Shown: piece after piece, positions 52,775 through 64,000 of the stretch
How positions within the stretch are numbered: position 1 is the stretch's first letter
How the letters are laid out: the number at the start of each line of letters is the position of its first letter
NCBI GenBank assembly: GCA_964016885.1
Contig: OZ024755.1
Coordinates: 37,944,001 to 38,008,000, forward strand
Source of the DNA: Eledone cirrhosa
Taxonomy: Eukaryota
DNA length: 64,000 bases
Direction of reading: 5' to 3'
Program-made: the position numbers and the translations under genes
Notes under the pieces: generated by a model
Seen by the model: the letters and a program-made list of their open reading frames with translations, nothing else
What the model was told of the DNA's origin: nothing
Database searches by the model: none

Positions 52775-52825
52775 AGTTTCAGAAGATCCCGTTAAGGGTG
52801 AAAGCAGCGATTCTTTGCTTAAACT
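52775..52825 (+). ncRNA. Hammerhead-like motif with variant core CAGAAGA, copy 2
   Basis: Near-identical to 4359-4409; stem III GCAG/UUGC. Confidence 0.5.
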
Positions 52826-53205
52826 TTAATTTGTTATTTTAATAAATATATATATATATATATATATAATCTTTATCGAGCCCTCTATATACGTGTGTTT
52901 CTGTGTATCTTGTATCTTCTCCCTCTCTCACTCACACAGATCTATAAATCTATGTCATGCATGGGTTAAATAAGGTCACCCTATGTAAACTTGTCTTTTC
53001 TAAAACTTCACCAGTTCTCATTGCCATCTTCTGCATGGTTTTCCTTGCTTCTACTATCAAACGTCTTTATTCTCTCACCAGGCTGACTCTACTTCACTTA
53101 TTTAACCTTTATTTAGACTTTGGCTCTGTTGTGGTGGCTTTTCATATTTGACCAATGATTTGTAAATAAATCAATGTTAGTCTGTGTGAATGTGTGCGTG
53201 CTTGT

Positions 53206-53256
<51 letters not shown>

Positions 53257-53331
53257 TGTGTGTGTGTCTGTGTGGATGTATGTATGTATAACTTTGATAA
53301 CTTTGATAAGTTTGATAAGTCATAGTAAAGT

Positions 53332-54760
<1,429 letters not shown>

Positions 54761-55428
54761 TGTGCCTGTCTATGCTTGTCTGTTTGTGTGTGTGTATATC
54801 CCCTGTCCCAGAATATAGAAAGGACTTTTCAATTGTGCCAAGGGCTTGAGAACGTCGCTAGTGATGGTGATCTACATAATAAACACGCCTAGTACACTCT
54901 GTAAAGTGCTTGGTGACAAGAAGTATATTCAGCCATAGAGAGTCTGCCAAACAATAGACCAGGAAGAACTGTTCAACTGTGTGAAAGATATGTCAACCAC
55001 TCTAGTGATAGTCACATAGTTAGAGCATGTGTGTATAATAATAATAATAGTGAAATTATTGTGTAAAGTGCTCAGGTGCACTACAACTCGTCAAAGGTGC
55101 ATGTATAGTACATAGAATAATACACAAATGTCAGGGAAGTACATGTGTGTATGTGTTAGCTGTAGTGTTGGCGGATCTCGGGAAGCATGGAGGCCTTAAA
55201 GGATGCAGTGTCTCGACAGCTAACAACTGATGCAGGTAGTTTGTTCCGTAAGTGAGAAGCAGCACCCCGGCCTCTCTGAGCATTCAGTGTAGGAGAAGGT
55301 ATATAAGAGAGATGCAGGGCCACTACACATTTGAGAGGCCAGTTGCTTCACATGAGTACTGACTGTGTTTGTGATGACCAGTCCTACTCTTACTAGCAGG
55401 GAATACAGATGTTAAATAATGATGATGA

Positions 55429-55503
<75 letters not shown>

Positions 55504-55818
55504 GTTTAACGTCCATCTTCCACGCTTGCATGGGTTTGGACGGGAGTTTTCCCACTTGAGGCAAGATTGGTTGTCCTGCTCGCATAGGACTGTCTGGCGG
55601 GTTTTCTACGGCTGGATGCCCTTCCTCACACCAACCACGTTTACAGTGTGGACTGGGAGGTTTTTACCGTGTTACCTACATATATATATATACACATATA
55701 TATGTATATATATATACATTCACACATACATACACATACGTATTTACATGCATGCATGCGTACATACATACATATGTGTGTGTGTATACAAACATATATA
55801 TATATATATATATATACA

Positions 55819-55894
<76 letters not shown>

Positions 55895-56176
55895 AGGCGT
55901 GTGGCTGAGTGGTTAAAGAATTGGATTCGCAATCAGGAGGTTGTGTGTTCGATTCCCGAACCGGGCGATGCGTTATGTCCTTGAGCAAGACACTTTATTT
56001 CACATTGCTCCTTCTACCTGGAGTTGCAACCGATAGATAGTACTAGCAATGGGAAAGACCAATGGAAACATTGTTTCTTCAGTCCGATTTGACAAATGTC
56101 AGTCGTTCCTTTATATATATATATATATCATCATCCTCATCACCATCGTTTAATGTCTATCTTTCACGCTAGCATA

Positions 56177-56229
<53 letters not shown>

Positions 56230-56232
56230 CAT

Positions 56233-56326
<94 letters not shown>

Positions 56327-56379
56327 TAAGGTTTTGTAAAATGTCCCACACAGGTAAAATTATCAGGAAACGAAACTAA

Positions 56380-56582
56380 AAAGTGAAACTGGAGTCTTTT
56401 AAGAATATTTATTTACTTTACCAGTTTCACAGTTCTTATGATGATTATTATTGAGATGGAGGGTTTGTGTAACAGACCACAACAGAAACACAAACCCTCC
56501 ATCTCAATTTTACTGTTGATAATCATAAGAACTGTGAAACAAGTAAAGTAAATAAATATTCTTAAGACTCCAGTTTCACTTT
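56380..56582. repeat. Inverted repeat (56380-56470 / 56488-56582) with a decayed hammerhead-like motif
   Basis: AAAGTGAAACTGGAGTCTT...GAGATGGAGGGTTTGTGT versus its reverse complement. Confidence 0.88.
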
Positions 56583-57165
56583 CAATATTGATTCATTTTC
56601 ATTGATCAGGTGAGTCTAAAGGCTGCTAATCACTCGAAGTTGCATTACTCGACCTTAAATACAGTGTTTACCTCTGATCAAATCCTCAGAATAATAGAGA
56701 ACTCACATATGGCATTGGTATATATAGATACAGAGTCGAATCAAAACAATAACATCAATAATAAAATATAATGATAAAGAGGTAAAGAAGTTACAGATGT
56801 AAAAAGAATGTATATATTTGCAGTACTGTATATATATATATATATATATGACCCCCCCCCCCCCCCGCGGGTACAAGCTGAAGCTGAAGCATATAGACAA
56901 TATGCCCCCACACCCTCCCACTGCAAAGTGGTCATGGAGGTGCCACAGCAAAAAAGCACCCAGCCCACACTGTAAAGTGGACGTGGAGGCGCCACGGAAA
57001 AAAGCACCCAGCACTCACTGTAAATGAGGTTGGTGTTAGGAAGGGCATCCAGCTGTAGAAATCAAGCCAGAATCAGTTCCCGTATGAGCAAGACAAGGTC
57101 AGCCGACTGGACACTGCCCACAACAGGACAACCCGTCTAACCCATGCTAGCGTGTGAAACGGTGA

Positions 57166-57245
<80 letters not shown>

Positions 57246-57249
57246 TAAT

Positions 57250-57285
<36 letters not shown>

Positions 57286-57288
<3 letters not shown>

Positions 57289-57880
57289 AGAGAGAGACTG
57301 AGCATAAGAGGTATCAAATGCTGTGTGCAGGAGAGGCGGTTGCACTGGTATGGACATGTGATGCGTATGAAGGATGACAGCTGCATAAAAAGGTGCAGAG
57401 CACTAGAAGTTGATGGAAACCGCGGAGTGGGGAGACCCAAGATGACCTGGGATGAGGTGATAAAAGCCGACCTTACCCAATTACACATCTCAAAGGCAAT
57501 GACACACGACTGTGACCTCTGGCGTCACGCAGTAATACAGAGTAGCCGACCTCCCATGGGTACAAGCTGAAGCATATAGACAATATGTCCCCCCCCCCAC
57601 CCCCCCACCGCAAGGTGGTCGTGGAGGTGCCACGGCAAAAAAGCACCCAGCCCACACTGTAAAGTGGACGTGTAGGCGCCACGAAAAAGCACCCAGCACT
57701 CACTGTAAATGAGGTTGGTGTTAGGAAGGGCATCCAGCTGTAGAAATCAAGCCAAATCAGTTCCCGTATGAGCAAGACAAGGTCAGCCGACCAGACACTG
57801 CCCACACTAGGACAACCCGTCTAACCCATGTTAGCATAGAAGAACGGACGTAAAACGGTGATGATGATGATGATGATGAT
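57286..57880 (+). mobile_element. RTE LINE 3' end with a long 3' UTR (second RTE family); UTR-only copy at 56868-57168
   Basis: [27 protein letters not shown]...GRPKMTWDEVIK, then the UTR and a (GAT)n tail. Confidence 0.88.
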
Positions 57881-58164
57881 ATATACAGTACTATAAATAT
57901 ATACATACATATATATCATATATATATATATTTGCAGTACTAACTGAACTTGGGCCCTCATAATTGCGAAGCAAACTTGTTAGCTAGTTGTCATGCTTGA
58001 ATCTATTATATATATACACATATATATATACACATCTATGTGTGTATATGTATGTGTATTATTATATACACACATATGCTGAAATTACTTAACATTAAAT
58101 ATTTCAATATTTACCTTGTTTTACTTTCTATTTTATGTACCTGCATAGCAGGACATATATTGGC

Positions 58165-61100
58165 TAAAGTGTGTGTGTGTGTAAGTCAGAATGTGTGTGT
58201 AAGTGTGTGTGTGTGTGTGTCAGAATGTGTGTGTAAGTGTGTGTGTATGTGTCAGAATGTGTGTGTAAGTGTGTGTGTGTGTGTGTTTGTATATGAATGT
58301 CTGAGTGTGTGTAAGTGTGTGTGTGGGTGTGAGTCAGAATGTGTGTGTATGTGTGTGTGTGTATGTTTGCATATGAATGTCTGAGTGTGTGTAGCTGTGT
58401 GTGTGGGTGTGAGTCAGAATGTGTGTGTATGTGTGTGGGTGTATGTTTGCATATGAATGTCTGAGTGTGTGTAGTTGTGTGTGTGGGTGTGAGTCAGAAT
58501 GTGTGTGTATGTGTGTGTGTGTATGTTTGCATATGAATGTCTGAGTGTGTGTAGTTGTGGGTGTGAGTCAGAATGTGTGTGTGTGTGAGTCAGAATGTGT
58601 GTATAAGTGTGTGTGTTTGCATATGAATGTCTGAGTGTGTGTAGTTGTGTGTGTGTGGGTGTGAGTCAGAATGTGTGTGTATGTGTGTGGGTGTATGTTT
58701 GCATATGCGTGTCTGAGTGTGTGTAGCTGTGTGGGTGTGAGTCAGAATGTGCGTGTAAGTGTATGAGTCAGTATATGTGTGTGTGTATGGGTGTCTGAGT
58801 TTGTGTAGTTGTGTATGTGTACTTGTATGTCTCTGTGTTGTGTGCATGTGTGTAGTTGTGTGTGTTGTGTGTAGTTGTGTGTCTGTGTGTGTAGTTGCAT
58901 GTGTGTGTAGCTGTGTGTGTGTGTGTGTAGTCGTGTGTGTATGTGGCTGTGTGTGTGTCTGTAGCTGTGTGTGTGTGTAGCTGTGTGTGTGTGTGTGTAG
59001 TTGTGTGTGTATGTGGCTGTGTATGTGTGTGTAGCTGTGTGTGCGTAGCTGTGTATGTGTCTGTAGCTGTGTGTGTGTGTAGCTGTGTGTGTGTAGCTGT
59101 GTGTGTGTGTAGTTGTGTGTGTATGTGGCTGTGTGTGTGTGTGTGTGTGTGTAGCTGTGTGTGTGTGTGAATGGATGGAATGGTTTAATCCTCCACTATA
59201 CCTGGTTCCATTAGGATTGTTCAATCAATAACAGTGTAATGGTGTGTAAAGGGGAGAGTGTGTATGTGTGTAAAGGGGAGAGTGTGTGTGTAAAGGAGAG
59301 TGTGTGTGTGTAAAGGAGAGTGTGTGTGTAAAGGGGAGAGTGTGTGTGTAACGGGAAGAGTGTGTGTGTAAAGGGGAGAGTGTGCGTGTAAAGGGGAGAG
59401 TGTGTGTGTAAAGGGGAGAGTGTGCGTGTAAAGGGGAGACTGTGTGTGTAACGGGAAGAGTGTGTGTGTAAAGGGGAGAGTGTGCGTGTAAAGGGGAGAC
59501 TGTGTGTGTGTAAAGGGGAGAGTGTGCATGTAAAGGGTAGTGTGTGTGTGTAAAGGGGAGAGTGTGTGTGTAAAGGGGAGAGTGTGTGTGTGTAAAGGGG
59601 AGTGTGTGTATGTGTGTAAAGGGGAGAGTGTGTGTAAAGGGGAGAGTGTGTGTGTAAAGGAGAGAGTGTGTGTGTAAAGGGGAGAGTGTGTGTAAAGGCG
59701 AGAGTGTGTGTGTGTAAAGGGGAGAGTGTGTGTGTAAAGGAGAGAGTGTGTGTAAAGGGGAGAGTGTGTGTGTAAAGGGGAGAGTGTGTGTGTGTAAAGG
59801 GGAGAGTGTGCGTGTAAAGGGGAGATGTGTGTGTGTAAAGGAGAGAGTGTGCGTGTAAAGGGGAGAGTATGTGTGTGTAAAGGGGAGAGTGTGTGTGTAA
59901 AGGAGAGAGTGTGTGTGTAAAGGGGAGAGTATGTGTAAAGGGGAGAGTGTGTGTCTAAAGAGGAGATTGTGTAAAGGGGAGAGTGTGTGTGTAAAGGAGA
60001 GTGTGTGTGTAAAGGGGAGAGAGTGTGTGTGTAAAGGAGAGAGTGTGTGTGTGTGTAAAGGGGAGAGTGTGTGTCTAAAGAGGAGATTGTGTAAAGGGGA
60101 GAGTGTGTGTGTAAAGGAGAGAGTGTGTGTGTAAAGGGGAGAGTGTGTGTGTGTAAAGGAGAGAGTGTGTGTGTAAAGGAGAGAGTGTGTGTGTAAAGGA
60201 GAGAGTGTGTGTGTAAAGGGGAGAGTGTGTGTGTGTAAAGGAGAGAGTGTGTGTGTAAAGGAGAGAGTGTGTGTGTAAAGGGGAGAGTGTGTGTGTGTAA
60301 AGGAGAGAGTGTGTGTAAAGGAGAGAGTGTGTGTGTAAAGGAGAGAGTGTGTGTGTAAAGGAGAGAGTGTGTGTGTAAAGGAGAGAGTGTGTGTGTAAAG
60401 GAGAGAGTGTGTGTGTAAAGGAGAGAGTGTGTGCGTGAGAGAGAGGATGTGCGTGAGAGAGAATGTGTGTGTGAGAGTGTGTGTGTGTGTGAGAGAGAGA
60501 GAGAGGATGTGTGTGAGAGAGAATGTATGAGAGAGAGAATGTGTGTGTGTGTGAGAGAGTGTGTGAATGTGTGTGTGTGAGAGAGAGTGTGTGTGTGTGA
60601 GAGAGAGTGTGTGTGAGTGAGAGAGAGTGTGTGAGAGAGAGAGTGTGTGTGTGTGAGAGAGAGTGTGTGTGAGAGAGAGAGTGTGTGTGTGTGAGAGAGA
60701 GTGTGTGTGAGAGAGAGAGTGTGTGTGTGTGAGAGAGAGTGTGTGTGAGAGAGAGTGTGTGTGTGAGAGAGAGAGTGTGTGTGTGTGTGAGATATTAACA
60801 GTAGTTATCACCATATAACCAGTTGGTTGATGTTATAGAGAGTGTTCTGGTGATTTATTCCATCATCAGGATTGTTACCAACACCCCACCATCATTACCT
60901 CCACCATCACCTCCCACCATCACCCCCACCATCATCTCCCACCATCACCTCCACCATCATCTCCCACCATCACCTCCCACCATCATCCACCACCACCATC
61001 TCCCACCATCACCTCCCACCATCACCCCCACCATCAACTCCCACCATCACCCCTCCATCACCCACCACCACCACCACCACCATCACTTCCCCACATCATC

Positions 61101-61550
61101 ACACCACCATCACCCCCCCCCCACCCCCCCCCACCATCTTCATGTGTTTGTTGACCTCATATTTATTCCTTTATTGATTTGGGGCTACAGGAAAAAAATC
61201 AGATTTTTGTAGGTTTATATCTAATCTACTTCCGCCTACACACATACATACATACATACATACACATACACATACATGCACCACACATACACCACACACA
61301 CACACACCACACACACACATACACCACACACACACACATATACATACACATACATACACCATACATACATACACACACAGACCACACATACACATACACC
61401 ACACACACACATACACCACACACACACATACACCACATACACACATACACCACACACACACATACACCACACACACACACATACACCACACATGCACATA
61501 CACCACACACACACATACATATACATACATACACAGACACACACACACAT
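58165..61550. repeat. Compound GT/GA/CA-based satellite blocks
   Basis: ~68-bp GT-rich unit (58170-58800), GT/AGCT (58800-59170), GTGTGTAAAGG(G/A)GAGA (59240-60430), GA/GT (60430-60790), CACCAT (60880-61135), CA-rich (61240-61550). Confidence 0.93.
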
Positions 61551-61997
61551 GTGGTAATTGTTGATGTGTTGTTTCCTTGAGCAAGACACTCTATTTCACA
61601 TTGCTCCAGTTTACTCAGCTGTAGAAATGAGATGATAGGGACTGGGGTCCCTATCATTAAATCACCCAAGACAATTCCGAGATATACCTTGGAGGAAGCC
61701 AGCTAAACCTGGATAGGTGTGAGTTGTCACATACACACACATAGGTGTGAGCTGTCACACACACACACAATAGGTGTGAGCTATCACACACACACACACA
61801 TAGGTGGGGTTTTTCAGAGGGGTTTTTAAAATCCCAACTAACAGACTAATCCTATGTAGTCAAATACGGCATAAGCACATGTTACTACCTTATTTTCAAA
61901 TTTACTAGCTGTTTGTAAACAAAGCCTGCTTTGTATCTCCCTATATATATATATATACGATATTAATAAATGGAAACTATATTTATAAAACCATATT

Positions 61998-62062
61998 TAT
62001 TTCATTATACATATTTCAAGGATACCATGTTAAATTATGGTATGTCTTCATCAGATAAAATA
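61998..62062 (-). ncRNA. Type I hammerhead ribozyme motif, left arm of the palindrome
   Basis: Reverse complement of 62217-62281 with one substitution in stem II. Confidence 0.75.
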
Positions 62063-62216
62063 CAATATATACCAGTTTTATAAATAAACATTGACGTACC
62101 CTTTCAAAATGCGACCGTTACTTTTTCTTTTGGAAGACATCAGGATGTCTTCCAAAAGTAACGGTCGCATTTTGAAAGGGTACGTCAATGTTTATTTATA
62201 AAACTGGTATATATTG

Positions 62217-62281
62217 TATTTTATCTGATGAAGGCATACCATAATTTAACATGGTATCCTTGAAATATGTATAATGAAATA
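62217..62281 (+). ncRNA. Type I hammerhead ribozyme motif, right arm of the palindrome
   Basis: UAUUUUAU-CUGAUGA-AGG.AUACCAU/AUGGUAU.CCU-GAAA-UAUGUA-UA-AUGAAAUA. Confidence 0.78.
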
Positions 62282-62408
62282 GATATGGTTTTATAAATAT
62301 AGTTTCCATTTATTAATATCGTATATTTACTCCAAATACTTGTTGTGTGCTTTATATCAGTTATAAAAATATTTGCTTGTTGTATCCCAACAATTTAAAT
62401 AGAACTTT

Positions 62409-62449
<41 letters not shown>

Positions 62450-62486
62450 TGTGTATGTATATATATATATATATATATAATATATG

Positions 62487-62948
62487 TCGGGTCACTCTTG
62501 AGTGCTACTGGTAACATGTAACCCAGTACAACCTGTCGCATGGTCAGGTCATTGGCGACTAAACCAGCAACCCCACCAAGTTTACTTGGTGAGGAGGGTG
62601 ATTTTGGACACCCTGCAAGACAAAACACAAAACCTGACAAAGGGCGGAAGAACTGATAAGAGTCAATGGCCATCCAAAAGTGTGAAAATATGTATATACA
62701 CATGTACCGCGCAGTTAAACCACTGGGATTGAAGGACTCTTAGCCTTTGTCAGGGCATTCTTATAGGAGAAGGCAACTCAGGAAACTGGGATAACTCCGA
62801 TATAAAACCTGTGGCTCAGTAGTTACCGATGATGTTGATCTTTTCTTCTTTTTGGGTTATAGCTACTGTTGCTCAGAGAGTGGGATTGGCTCAGTGCACA
62901 GTCTTTCCTCACTTTAAAAAATATCTTCACGCACAGGCATTGCACGAT
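62487..62948 (+). mobile_element. Structured GC-richer element resembling an RTE-type 5' UTR
   Basis: GGGCATTCTTATAGGAGAAGGCAACTC motif, several hairpins and TGTCGC...GGCGACTAA near the 5' end; no ORF follows. Confidence 0.45.
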
Positions 62949-63227
62949 AGAATTAATTAATAATTATTAATAATGGTATAGCATGCAATGGCCATACTCG
63001 ATAACGAGGGGGCAGCCATCATATATAATATATATGTGTATGTATATATATATATATCATCATCATCATCATCATTTTAGGTCCGCTCTTCCCTGCTCGC
63101 GTTTGTATGTATGTGTATATATGTATGTATGTATGTATGTGTATATATGTATGTATGTATATATGTATGTATATATATATGTGTATGTATGTATATGTAT
63201 GTATATGTATGTATGTATATATGTATG

Positions 63228-63264
<37 letters not shown>

Positions 63265-63287
63265 GTATGTGTATAATTGTATGTATT

Positions 63288-63341
<54 letters not shown>

Positions 63342-63526
63342 ATGATCTGTCTGAACTACTTGATACAATGCTAGCTGATATAGATGAGTTGTCATTGGAA
63401 CAACTTTTACTCATTTCCGGGAATGTTCGTTTTTACAACTTCAAAACCTGTTTGCTATTTCACCGAATCAAAATATGCAGATGTGTGTGTGTATATATCT
63501 ATCTATCTATCTATCTATCTATATAC

Positions 63527-63885
63527 CACTTTGGAAGAAGAATCAGGATGGAGAGAGAGGTGCTGCACCCCAGCAAGTTTTATGAAAGGTGGGTGAAAGT
63601 GGCGAGAATGGCCCGAGTGAATGGGCCTTCTCTCTATATCAGCCTGTAGGTTGAGGAAAAGGAGGAGAGGAAAGGCGTACAAACTCTTCGTACTCCTGGA
63701 GTTGAGGGTTTCACATTTTTTCGGGGGTATGTGTTACCCATATAAACTGTCTCCCCCTATTGGGGAAAATCGACTAACTTTTTTAATTGCATTTGTGATA
63801 ACATTTTACACGTTTTTATTGTATGTAAACTTCCCCCTTTGTATTTGTCCCCTTCTTTTGTGCCCCTGTGGCTAATAAAGAAACA
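63527..63885 (+). mobile_element. Tx1/L1-group LINE 3' end with poly(A) signal, in a (TATC)n tract; a second copy starts at 63941
   Basis: HFGRRIRMEREVLHPSKFYERWVKVARMARV-type C-terminus, T-rich UTR, AATAAAG; flanked by (TATC)n. Confidence 0.65.
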
Positions 63886-64000
63886 TATCTATCTATCTAT
63901 ATATCTATCTATCTATCTATCTATCTATCTCTATATATATCACTTTAAAAGGAGAATCAGAGTGGAGAGAGAGGCAGTGCACCCCAGTAAATTTACTGAA

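Larger units (their letters stand above)
61953..62326. repeat. Near-perfect ~370-bp palindrome centred at ~62142
   Basis: Arms are reverse complements; centre TTTTGGAAGACATC-AG-GATGTCTTCCAAAA. Confidence 0.96.

Noticed and set aside
56655-56695. CUGAGGA...UAAA motif on the minus strand
   Set aside because: GAAA absent and stem I does not pair
59225-61669. His/Thr-, His/Pro- and Cys/Val-rich ORFs
   Set aside because: Simple-repeat translations

Overview
Eukaryotic, AT-rich and repeat-saturated DNA, most likely coleoid cephalopod (octopus-like). That assignment is inferred from the SINE/RTE families and the (TA)n density. The window looks mostly intronic. Four plus-strand exons with compatible splice phases (18151-18203, 24160-24309, 37198-37350, 51018-51650) encode a Ser/Thr/Pro-rich, PPxY-containing segment of an unidentified gene. 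The rest is tRNA-derived SINEs, LINE fragments (RTE, CR1/L2, Tx1, RLE-type), non-autonomous DNA elements (piggyBac-, hAT-, pogo-like, Helitron), microsatellites and large minisatellites, several of which grew out of SINE/MITE segments. Most long ORFs in the track are repeat artefacts. The main find is about 10 type I hammerhead-ribozyme motifs, folded by eye (CUGANGA-stem II-GAAA-palindromic stem III-UH, with a complementary stem I). They sit in short islands inside (TA)n tracts, often in long inverted repeats, and six cluster around the largest exon. This fits dispersed Penelope-like pLTR/retrozyme-type elements that target microsatellites. No database search or folding program was run, and repeat boundaries are approximate.
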